Notes under the pieces: generated by a model
The model's input: only the letters and a program-made list of their open reading frames with translations
What the model was told of the DNA's origin: nothing
The model's database searches: none
Made by a program: the position numbers and the translations under genes
Origin: a virus
Taxonomy: Duplodnaviria > Caudoviricetes
DNA length: 44,168 nucleotides
Reading direction: 5' to 3' (one strand)
IMG/VR virus record: IMGVR_UViG_3300036779_000027
Location: 1 to 44,168 of that record
In this document: positions 28,557 to 36,851 of the stretch, piece by piece
How the letters are laid out: every line of letters starts with the position of its first letter
Position numbering within the stretch: position 1 is the first letter of the stretch

Positions 28557-29540
28557 TTACCGCGAAGCGCCGTTGGTGTTCCGGTTGTTCCAGAACTCCT
28601 TGGCACTCGCGTTCATCTCGGCGATCGACGGCGGGCCGCGCCGTGGCAGCGTGACACCGTCACGCGTCTTCGCGGCGGTACGCGTGGTGCCCTGCCGGTT
28701 CATCAACCGAACCTGGGCGGCGGCGGCGTTGAACGCCATTTTGACACTGTCACACGTCAGTGTCTTGGTGTCGATCGTGCCGATGGAATCGTGGATGATC
28801 CCCTTGGTGTTCTCGTCACTCAGCGCGTGATCGAGAACCCGGCGGCGGAACGCACACAGACGGCGCGCCGTGCTCGCGAGTGTCAACCGCGCATCAAATG
28901 TGGGAACTTTGACACCGGGCTGGAGTATCTCAGCCGCCGCCATTGTGCCTTGCCACAGGTCTTCGGCATCCGCCGAATCGTGGGTCCGTGCATAATTGTC
29001 ACGGAACTTGCGGCGGTCACCGGTACCGCCCTGCTTCAGGTCTTCCAGACCGGGGAGATCGGTTTCGCCGACCATATCCTCGCCCAGCCGTTCCGGTGTC
29101 GGAATGTCACTCTCGTCATGGGTTCTGCCGCGCCGCATGCGGAACCGGCGGCGATCCTTGGTTTCGGGGTCTTCGAGTTCAACGTCTTCGCCGTCTTCGC
29201 CTCCCTCGCTGTTACCGCCGCCACCGTTACCGCCGCCGCCTTCGAGTTGCTCAACGCGCTGTAACAGTTCGGCCACGGCGGCGGCAAGCTGTTGAACATC
29301 CGGCTCGCCGCCACCACCAACATCGATCGGGGGATCATCGTCACCTGCCATACCGCCGCCTCCTTCGCCGCCTTTGCCGCCCATGTGCAAATGGATATGG
29401 GTGTCACCGTCATCGGGACTGCCGCCGCCGGTCGGTTGACCGCTGCTAGGGTCAATAAAGTCTTTGGTGACTTCGCGGGCTTCCTCTTCGGTGTCCGCGT
29501 CACGCACCCGGCGCACCATACGGTCCAGCCAGTTAGCCAT
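28557..29540 (-). CDS. Capsid scaffolding protein
   Basis: Acidic/Gly-rich with many T(H/G/R)D motifs, AEILQPG+K+PTFD, LC.FRR..L, C-terminal SIAEMN....FW; lies between protease and cement genes. Confidence 0.75.
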   Translation of the reverse strand: MANWLDRMVRRVRDADTEEEAREVTKDFIDPSSGQPTGGGSPDDGDTHIHLHMGGKGGEGGGGMAGDDDPPIDVGGGGEPDVQQLAAAVAELLQRVEQLEGGGGNGGGGNSEGGEDGEDVELEDPETKDRRRFRMRRGRTHDESDIPTPERLGEDMVGETDLPGLEDLKQGGTGDRRKFRDNYARTHDSADAEDLWQGTMAAAEILQPGVKVPTFDARLTLASTARRLCAFRRRVLDHALSDENTKGIIHDSIGTIDTKTLTCDSVKMAFNAAAAQVRLMNRQGTTRTAAKTRDGVTLPRRGPPSIAEMNASAKEFWNNRNTNGASR

Positions 29541-29552
29541 TGCTAGCCCTCC

Positions 29553-30401
29553 TTAGACATGAATGTGGACGTGACGCCCACGCTTCGCGCGGCGGCGCAG
29601 TATCTGTTCGCCGATCTCGTTGACACGCGACCAGTCACTTGTATTGGCGATTTTGCGGCTGCGGACGGCGGCATCGAAACGGTTACACCAACCGCCGGGA
29701 TAGATCGGGGCACTGACGATGTCACAGGAGTGACTCTCGTAGTGGGTACAAATCCCGCAGTGATCCGGTCCTTCGGCATCGACTTCGTAACTCACCTCCG
29801 CGTGCGACAACTTTCCGTCATCGTCACCTTCGTCTTCTTCTTGATCTTGAGTGTCGACGGAGAAGAAAGCCTTGTCGCCTATACGACACACCACCCCGCA
29901 GCGCCCATCCCTCACCAGTGCGAGGTGATTACACAGGATGTCGTGCTGCCGCCCACGGGCGTCACCTGTGATTTCGTACTGAGCCTTATAGCCAACGCTG
30001 ACTTCGCGAAGCAACTTATTCCTTATAGCCTCGATCGCTTTTTTGTCGTGGATCAGCAGATCACCAATCAGTAGATGGTCGAATACCCCCGTTCCGCGAC
30101 GCGGGTTGATGACGTGACCAACCGCTAAATCGTGATAATTATCCGGGTTTACGTCATCAGTTGGGTGATCGAGGGTGATCGGCTTGCCCTGGAGCGAGGC
30201 GATCGTGGCGGGCCGGAACACCTCCTCCGGTTCGCGGTCGATAATAATTTTTCCCTCCGCGTCACCCTTGATCGGGATTTCCTTGTCCGAATAGAGTTGC
30301 TTGCCGGTGCGCGCCAGGGGCACCGACTTGACCACCAGGAAGCCCTCAGGGGTGAACGCCTGTTGCGGACCCAGCGGCTCGGTGACATAAAAATCCATCA
30401 T
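29553..30401 (-). CDS. DUF2213 prohead protease with C-terminal HiPIP-like Cys4 domain
   Basis: TPEGFL...VPLARTG.Q.Y, R.PEEVF...+ASL.GKPITLDHP, EVS.GY, NHLALV..GRCG..CRIGD; then C..C.....C..V...I.P.GWC..F. Confidence 0.88.
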   Translation of the reverse strand: MMDFYVTEPLGPQQAFTPEGFLVVKSVPLARTGKQLYSDKEIPIKGDAEGKIIIDREPEEVFRPATIASLQGKPITLDHPTDDVNPDNYHDLAVGHVINPRRGTGVFDHLLIGDLLIHDKKAIEAIRNKLLREVSVGYKAQYEITGDARGRQHDILCNHLALVRDGRCGVVCRIGDKAFFSVDTQDQEEDEGDDDGKLSHAEVSYEVDAEGPDHCGICTHYESHSCDIVSAPIYPGGWCNRFDAAVRSRKIANTSDWSRVNEIGEQILRRRAKRGRHVHIHV

Positions 30402-30619
30402 CGGTTAGCTCTACACTTAGTGCAGGAACACGGCGAGTCGTGCGTTTTGCCAGACGCGTCGCGCCCTAGCTGTAACTCCTCCGGTAACTGATCCTCGTCC
30501 TCGTTCGTCCACGGTTCGGGCGGTTCGGAACCCCAGTTCAGGAGTATGAAGTTTTCGCGAGTCACCGGTAGACCGGCGTCTTCCAGCGTCTTGATTAGTA
30601 ACTCGTTTATTGTTGCCAT
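30398..30619 (-). CDS. Small hypothetical protein overlapping the 3' end of the 1353-aa gene
   Basis: GGAGG RBS before ATG 30619; MATINELLIKTLEDAGLPVTRENFILLNW...LPEELQ...CSCTKC; its stop overlaps the protease start (ATGA). Confidence 0.65.
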   Translation of the reverse strand: MATINELLIKTLEDAGLPVTRENFILLNWGSEPPEPWTNEDEDQLPEELQLGRDASGKTHDSPCSCTKCRANR

Positions 30620-33600
30620 CGTCAGCCTCCGCTTGTCCCTTCGAGAAGCCGCCCGCGATCCTGACAATCTTCTTCTGGGTATCCTCCAAGCTGGCGTTGC
30701 CGCTATGGTAGTCGCGCCACGCCGTATAGATAGCCTGGGCAGCTTCCTTGGTCAGGTGACGGTCAAACAAGCGGCGCTTGGCTTCCCAGGTGATCGACTG
30801 TAGCACGCGCGGCTTGATTTCCAACTCCTTAGCCAATTCGCGGTTTGCTTCGGCAAAGAGCGGATAGGTGCCGCTCATCCCGGTCAAAGAGTTACCAGTT
30901 GGTGCTACATAATGCAACTGTCGGGCAATCGCCGCCGTCGCAGGCTTTGATCCCAGCGAGTGCATCACCGCAGTATGTGACTGACCCATTGGTGACAACA
31001 ACGCCGCACCGACCGCGTGCGTGTCCATAGTCACATCATCGTTGTCACTATCGGGATCAAGGATGTTGTTATAAAAGGAACGCACCTTGTGCTGGTTACC
31101 CATCGCCGGACTGATTTTGTCACGGTCACCACCTGACTCCAGCGAGATGATCGCGTTGGCGATCGAACCGGTGGTGTGCCACGCGTTTGTCGCGGGCTTA
31201 CCCTTGTCGGTCAAATAGGTACCGATCACTCGCCCATCGGGACTGAGTGCCTTAAAGCTGCGCGCATTGTGTGCCTGATCGTAGGTTCTGATCCACATCG
31301 CCTTCTTCACCGGGGTGTCCATTTCCGCCAGGGTCTTACCCTTGATCAGCTTATAAAGTGCCTCTTTCTGCGCGGCGTTCTTCGCGGCCTGCGGTGTCGT
31401 TGCCAGTTTCTTGGGATCGGGTAACCAAATCTTCTCACCGGTCTTGGTCATCTTGTCATCCCAAGGTTCCTGCTGCTTAGTGAAATAAGTGTCTAACACC
31501 ACCTTGGCTTGATGGACGTTCATGTCCCACAGATTTTGCGGTGACAGCGCGGCGTAGGCACCAACAACCGACTGCAACGGTAACTTGTACTTGTCTGCGT
31601 CCTCCTGTGCCAGCCGGTGCGCGCCCTCGTACCACTTGTGACCTTCGGTGCGTATCTTCTCTGGTGCAGCCTCGTACAGGAACCGCAGGTTATTTTTCAT
31701 GTGGTTGATGATAGCGCGTGCCTGTTGGTCCGGTGTACCTTTGAGTTCACCGGGCTTAAAGTTTGGGTACTGTTCCGCATTCTTGAACAATCCGACATCG
31801 TGCTCAAAGTTCTCCGGGTCGAGCTTCATCGCCGCGAGATCAACGCGACGGTATTCGTCGCCTTCCACCGCGTTGACATGGGTCGGGCGACGCGTCGAGA
31901 TTGTTGCGGGGTGACTGTTCTTCGCGGCACCCTTTAGTAACTTGTTCTGTTTGCCAAGTGTCGGTTCCTTTGTGTGTTCCTGTTTGCTTATGCTCTTTGT
32001 TTCTGTCTGCGCATTTGGCTCACTACCAGCACCGCCAGCTTCTTCTTTAGACACAAACTGACCGCCGGTGCCACCAGCCGCGCCCTTGGGCGCGGTCGGG
32101 TGCTCCTCTTTCTTGAACACCGCTCTATCACCCAGGTTGAGCACCTCCATCAGGCTGTGCGCTAGCCTTGTCACCGCTGGGTGCGGCACACTCGGTTTAT
32201 TTGATTCTGTCTCAGCGGCTGATCGCGACGGTGACGCCGGTCGCTGTAACGGATCGGGAATAGTGGTCACTTTCTCCTGGCTCTGCCACTGGATGCGTTC
32301 GCGGCGGTGATCCCATTTCTCGTTCTTGCGTGACTTCTGGGTCCGGTATAACTGGTTCACTTTCCGGTACAGGTCCATCCACGGCTTCTTGACCTCCGAC
32401 AGTGACTCATCAGTCTCATCGAGCCGCGCGATCTCGGCGAGTGTCTCATGGATCGCATTGCGCAGCGGCGCTTTACCGTCGAGATACTCCTTCCACCACT
32501 CACGACTGTATGCGGTGACACCATCGGTAGATTGCAAGTCATACTGTTTGTTACTCATCAACTCGTTCATCACCGAATACACCGGATAATCACTCGCATA
32601 TTGTTCCAGAACGGAACCGTCCGGCTTGATGACACTGTCACTCCCGTTGCGCTCATCGTGCATGATCTCATCGAGTTCCTCGTTGAACTCATCGAGCGCG
32701 TGTTGGAACTTATAGTGCATCACCTCATGCGACAGGACACCACGCACCTGTGATATCGGCAGACGCTTTGAGTAGAGCGTGATCATGCCCGTCTGTGAGT
32801 CATGGGTACCAGCGGCGTAGTGCTTCTCACCGTTCAGCATGAACTCGTAATCAGTGTCAACGATCTTAAACAGGTTTGGCGGTATGTGTGCCTTTTTCAG
32901 GATCACCTGTGAAGCGTCCTGTATCTCCTGGTGAATTTGTGCCTGTACCCGCGCCACCGACGCCTTGTGTTCCGCATGCGCGTCTTCCACGGTGTCGAGC
33001 GTGTTCTTCAGTTCATCCCAACCGCGACCCTCGTTGTAGGAACGCTTGTCACCGTCACCGTGATCGATCAGGTACCGCCAACTGGCATTGGCGAGTGTAC
33101 CTTTGTCGTAATCCTTATAGATGAATACTTCGTCGCCATGACGGTTCCTAAACGCCACGGCGGTGTCACTCTCAACAAACGGCTTGAACCCCATCTCTGT
33201 CGAGAATAACTTGTCACCAAACTGCTTGGCAAACTTGGAGTCAAACACCTCACCCTTTTCGTATCTCCGTAGGTGACCGATCAGACTTAGGTTACCGTAA
33301 CCCGAATAACGCCGCTCATTGTAGGAGTCCGTGTGCTGCCAATACCGCCCTTCCTGGCCAGGAAACTGCGAACTGCCGTATTCAATCGTGTTCCCGTATT
33401 TACCCTTATAGACATGACGCCCCATATCGGTATCAAGGTCTTGACTGTGATCAAACCTGTAGCCCTGGTTTTCCAGTTCAGTGGTTAGTGACTTCGGCAA
33501 GCCTTTAGGCGGCTCGGTACTTTCTGCCTTCGGCTCCGGTGACGGCTCCGGTAACGGTTCCAGCACAGGCGGTACTTCTTGCTGTCGCGCGCTACCCGCA

Positions 33601-34478
33601 CGATGCCCTGCGGTGAACTTCCCGTCCTCGTCACGCGGGTGCTCGTCTTCCCTGAACTCGGCGTCATCGTGGGTCGGCCTGCCCATCAGCACTTTGACAT
33701 CGGCAGGCAACTTCACCTCAAACCAGCGCTCACCCTTATTAAAACGGTCGATCAAATCACCAACCGTATACGTCTCGGTACTCATATGTCCTTTGACACC
33801 GGGACGCTCCGTGGTTTCCCGTGTTACACGGTCACCGATACCGTCCTTAGCTTCAGGTCGTAACTCGATCTCGCCCTGCTTGCCTTGCTTCTCCATGTAC
33901 CACTTCTTTTTGTCCCAGTCGAACTGCGCGCCCTTCGCCTTAGCTTCGGCGCGTTTGCTATAGGGCACATCGAGGTACTCGCGGCCTTCACCGGACGGTT
34001 GGACATAGTTACCAATGAATGTCCAAATTGCGCGATGCAGCGGTGTTGGTGCCGTCTCCCACTTACCCTTACCACCGGTAAAGTAACCCGGTTCAATGAA
34101 CTCGCGCCCCTTACCGATGACCTTGCCTTTAATCTTGTAGGTACCGGGCGGCGCGGAGGTCGACGGCAGGAACTGCCCGCCCTTGTAAAAATATTCGTTG
34201 GATTGTGCGACCTCGCCGCCCTTACGGGCACGCTCGCCCTGACCCCTGGTGAACTCGCCACTCCTGTTACGCGGGTGTTCTGCTTCCTCCCACTCATCGT
34301 CACCAAAGCCCACGCGCGAGCGGTTACGCTCCATCTGCGTGCGATAGAGTTCCTGGATGATGTTACTCTGCTTCGCGTTCTCGGCGAGGAACAACAGGTC
34401 GGAATCGAGCGGCACCGGGATGCCGCCCTGATCCTTCACCCGAAACACCTTATCACGCAGATGCAGGAACACGCTCAT
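30417..34478 (-). CDS. Large polyvalent head-associated protein (DUF5710-like, HEXXH metallopeptidase-like and HhH-glycosylase-like domains)
   Basis: Three D..(W/F).E.EHP....G.F motifs; YLDVPYS.R.EAKA.GA.FD...KKWY; HEVMH...HETLAE; WY..A...ALSPQ..W..N, KVRSFYNNI, VTMDTHA, LQSITW. Confidence 0.8.
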   Translation of the reverse strand: MSVFLHLRDKVFRVKDQGGIPVPLDSDLLFLAENAKQSNIIQELYRTQMERNRSRVGFGDDEWEEAEHPRNRSGEFTRGQGERARKGGEVAQSNEYFYKGGQFLPSTSAPPGTYKIKGKVIGKGREFIEPGYFTGGKGKWETAPTPLHRAIWTFIGNYVQPSGEGREYLDVPYSKRAEAKAKGAQFDWDKKKWYMEKQGKQGEIELRPEAKDGIGDRVTRETTERPGVKGHMSTETYTVGDLIDRFNKGERWFEVKLPADVKVLMGRPTHDDAEFREDEHPRDEDGKFTAGHRAGSARQQEVPPVLEPLPEPSPEPKAESTEPPKGLPKSLTTELENQGYRFDHSQDLDTDMGRHVYKGKYGNTIEYGSSQFPGQEGRYWQHTDSYNERRYSGYGNLSLIGHLRRYEKGEVFDSKFAKQFGDKLFSTEMGFKPFVESDTAVAFRNRHGDEVFIYKDYDKGTLANASWRYLIDHGDGDKRSYNEGRGWDELKNTLDTVEDAHAEHKASVARVQAQIHQEIQDASQVILKKAHIPPNLFKIVDTDYEFMLNGEKHYAAGTHDSQTGMITLYSKRLPISQVRGVLSHEVMHYKFQHALDEFNEELDEIMHDERNGSDSVIKPDGSVLEQYASDYPVYSVMNELMSNKQYDLQSTDGVTAYSREWWKEYLDGKAPLRNAIHETLAEIARLDETDESLSEVKKPWMDLYRKVNQLYRTQKSRKNEKWDHRRERIQWQSQEKVTTIPDPLQRPASPSRSAAETESNKPSVPHPAVTRLAHSLMEVLNLGDRAVFKKEEHPTAPKGAAGGTGGQFVSKEEAGGAGSEPNAQTETKSISKQEHTKEPTLGKQNKLLKGAAKNSHPATISTRRPTHVNAVEGDEYRRVDLAAMKLDPENFEHDVGLFKNAEQYPNFKPGELKGTPDQQARAIINHMKNNLRFLYEAAPEKIRTEGHKWYEGAHRLAQEDADKYKLPLQSVVGAYAALSPQNLWDMNVHQAKVVLDTYFTKQQEPWDDKMTKTGEKIWLPDPKKLATTPQAAKNAAQKEALYKLIKGKTLAEMDTPVKKAMWIRTYDQAHNARSFKALSPDGRVIGTYLTDKGKPATNAWHTTGSIANAIISLESGGDRDKISPAMGNQHKVRSFYNNILDPDSDNDDVTMDTHAVGAALLSPMGQSHTAVMHSLGSKPATAAIARQLHYVAPTGNSLTGMSGTYPLFAEANRELAKELEIKPRVLQSITWEAKRRLFDRHLTKEAAQAIYTAWRDYHSGNASLEDTQKKIVRIAGGFSKGQAEADDGNNKRVTNQDAGRRRSTGDSRKLHTPELGFRTARTVDERGRGSVTGGVTARARRVWQNARLAVFLH

Positions 34479-34651
34479 TTGTTACCAACTTTCCGCAAAT
34501 AGGTGAACCTGACCCACCAGGGACGGTAACCGTACCTACACAAAACAGCCGCTATACCCATACGATGGCCGCGAACCAATCGCTGCCACAGTGTCAAACG
34601 AGAACCCGCGTTAAGATCGCGCAACTGACCAAGCATCATTTCAAAATACAA
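34475..34651 (-). CDS. Small hypothetical protein
   Basis: Manual translation (58 aa, TTG start, AAAGGAAA upstream); its stop overlaps the ATG of the 1353-aa gene. Confidence 0.4.
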   Translation of the reverse strand: MYFEMMLGQLRDLNAGSRLTLWQRLVRGHRMGIAAVLCRYGYRPWWVRFTYLRKVGNK

Positions 34652-34753
34652 CACCGGTCACTTTCCTTTAAAAGCGAGGCAGCCGCCAGCCCACTACCGC
34701 GCTGCCAGTGTGCGCTCAACTAGGTGGGCACTCCCACACACCTACCGGCAACC

Positions 34754-34927
34754 TCAGTCACCGGCTGTCTCGTCATCGGCTTCGACGTTGGTAACCCATA
34801 CCACTTCACGATTGTCATCAAAGATCACTTTTGCGAGTGACCAATCCTCCTTGGTCGCGGGCATCATCTCCTTGGTGAGATACGCCACCATTGCCATGCG
34901 ACCGTCAATCGTCTGTTTCTCGATCAT
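34754..34927 (-). CDS. Small hypothetical protein
   Basis: Manual translation MIEKQTIDGRMAMVAYLTKEMMPATKEDWSLAKVIFDDNREVVWVTNVEADDETAGD; ATGA-coupled to the HNH stop. Confidence 0.6.
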   Translation of the reverse strand: MIEKQTIDGRMAMVAYLTKEMMPATKEDWSLAKVIFDDNREVVWVTNVEADDETAGD

Positions 34928-35358
34928 CGCCACGCACCTTCTGGCCGTTTAGCACCCGGTGGTGCCGTCAGCGCGTACTCCAAGTTCCAACCGTAGATAA
35001 GTCTCTTAGTAAGCGCAGAATGGGAAACACCGTAACGTCGAGCCAAATCAGCCAAAGGAACACCATCCACAAAAACAGTGTTACGCCGGTTGTTGATATT
35101 CTCGCGTGGCAGTGACCACTTAACATTACCAGGAGCGTAACCAACATCGTTCATGATCCGGTCAAGCTGGTGTCGCGGTGACGGTCGTAGACCTACGTGA
35201 GCAAAGAACGCCGCAAAGTTCTTTCGCCACCCCGGATAAACAGTGATACCGCGACCACCGTAATTATGGTACCCTTTATGTCGCGTATCATAACACCTGT
35301 TTAGCATCGCCCGCCAAGACCGGTACTCAGGAGTTCCGTGCCTACCGTGTTTGATCAT
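34924..35358 (-). CDS. HNH-type endonuclease
   Basis: EY.SW..M..RC.......Y.NYGGRGI.V...W...F..F....G.RP.....LDRI.N...Y.PGN..W.....N..N.R plus a C-terminal HTH. Start ATG 35358 (ATGA with the MuF stop). Confidence 0.85.
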   Translation of the reverse strand: MIKHGRHGTPEYRSWRAMLNRCYDTRHKGYHNYGGRGITVYPGWRKNFAAFFAHVGLRPSPRHQLDRIMNDVGYAPGNVKWSLPRENINNRRNTVFVDGVPLADLARRYGVSHSALTKRLIYGWNLEYALTAPPGAKRPEGAWR

Positions 35359-36302
35359 CTCCCTATTTCCTCTGGCGGTGGAATATGAGGACTCTGCCAG
35401 CACCTACAATTGTATATCGTGCCGGGCAAGCCGGTTTCCCCATTATCTCCTATTACCGGCGGATCGTCATAAGCAAATATCCTGCCTTCGAGCTTCCTAT
35501 GCAAAGGTCTTACATCCGCGTCGAGGGCCGTTTTCCAGGTGAAGTGTGTAGCTCCTATATACTGTGCTCGTGATTGTGTCACTGCACTACTGGTCCGCGC
35601 AGTTTCAGTTCGGGCTATAAGCGAGGCACGGTTATAAACACTCTGCGTCGTTGCGTTGATCCCCTCGATCAGTAACTTTCGGGCAATATCCTCGCGGGAC
35701 TCCAACACCTCCTCACGCAGGTAACCGTATCTGCGGCCCGCAACCCAGTACGCCTGTGACAGGTCTTGTACCCGCTGCGCTGCTTCGAGTGGAATCGAAG
35801 TGATCAGTTCCACTTGCTCGTCAACAATACGCCGCATCTCATCACCGGTCAGAGTACCTCCCCACAAAAGTTCCTTATCAAGCTCTCGGTTTATCAGCCG
35901 CGCGTGCCTCACCCACGCAGTGTAATCACGGCGTGACACTTCAGCGACCATCAACTGCCCGGTAGCCCTAGCCCAAGGTCTGAGTATCGACGCGTAGTCT
36001 CGGAGGTACCGGTTGATCGCTTCCACACCAGCCGGATCACCCGGCGGGTACGCGCGTATGATATCGGATACGTGTCTGGCGATCCGTCGAAGTTTTGCCG
36101 CGTAACCGTGGTATACATTGAGTATCTTGGCGAAGTGTTCCGCTTCACGTTGTCGTTGTCTGCGTGACTGGGCGTCTAAAGTCAGTGTGCTCGCGGCAAA
36201 ACGTTTGGTCACCTCACGCTGGTGTTCGATGCGTGACACTAAGCTGGTGTTACCCAGTGAGTCAGCCAGTGTCGCCGCAAACGATGCCGGGTTCTTCATC
36301 AT
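35355..36302 (-). CDS. MuF / SPP1 gp7-family minor head protein
   Basis: LITSIP.EAA.RV, RA.LIARTET.R, W.TA.D.DVR..H..L.G..F....PP.....G.PG..YNCRC. Confidence 0.9.
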   Translation of the reverse strand: MMKNPASFAATLADSLGNTSLVSRIEHQREVTKRFAASTLTLDAQSRRQRQREAEHFAKILNVYHGYAAKLRRIARHVSDIIRAYPPGDPAGVEAINRYLRDYASILRPWARATGQLMVAEVSRRDYTAWVRHARLINRELDKELLWGGTLTGDEMRRIVDEQVELITSIPLEAAQRVQDLSQAYWVAGRRYGYLREEVLESREDIARKLLIEGINATTQSVYNRASLIARTETARTSSAVTQSRAQYIGATHFTWKTALDADVRPLHRKLEGRIFAYDDPPVIGDNGETGLPGTIYNCRCWQSPHIPPPEEIGR

Positions 36303-36571
36303 CGGCCTGACCTCAATCGGGTCTTCAACCCTACATCGTCAAACCACGCTGGTCGGCCTGCCAGCACATCCGGGACCGCCGGTTTTGCCTTGGGCGGTCC
36401 TGGCGGCGGCTTGCGGAACTCCGCGCGTAAATCGTCACCACGGAGTAACCGCGTGCGCCGGTTGAGGATATTGTGTCTTTTGCGGCCTAGCTTATCGGCG
36501 AGTTCCGTGAGTTCCTCGAAACTCGCCGCCTTGATTCTTTCATCCTCTTCCGACGAATAAAACCGTGACAC
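36299..36571 (-). CDS. Small HTH-like hypothetical protein
   Basis: YSSEEDERI....+.ELA..LGR....I..R..RL resembles Myb/GcrA-like HTH; start uncertain. Confidence 0.5.
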   Translation of the reverse strand: MSRFYSSEEDERIKAASFEELTELADKLGRKRHNILNRRTRLLRGDDLRAEFRKPPPGPPKAKPAVPDVLAGRPAWFDDVGLKTRLRSGR

Positions 36572-36572
36572 C

Positions 36573-36851
36573 TCACTGGCTCGGCGCACCGGAACTGTGT
36601 CTGACGACATGCCGGTGCAAACGGCGCGCACTCACCCGATGCGCATAGTAGTTATGGTGCGCATAGTAGTGGTAACGCCCACGGTGCCGGTGACCATACA
36701 ACACCGGTGGAGCTTCGGGAACCGGCGCAGGCACAAACACCTGTGGCGGTGGCGGCGGCGGCGGGATCGCCGCTACTGGTTCCGGTGCGGGCTGACACGC
36801 TGCCAAGCCCAATACAAGAACCGCCGCGATTACCGCTTTCTGGTAAGCCAT
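36573..36851 (-). CDS. Proline-rich lipoprotein
   Basis: Signal peptide with LAAC lipobox, poly-Pro, His/Tyr/Arg-rich tail; AGGAGG RBS. Confidence 0.65.
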   Translation of the reverse strand: MAYQKAVIAAVLVLGLAACQPAPEPVAAIPPPPPPPQVFVPAPVPEAPPVLYGHRHRGRYHYYAHHNYYAHRVSARRLHRHVVRHSSGAPSQ

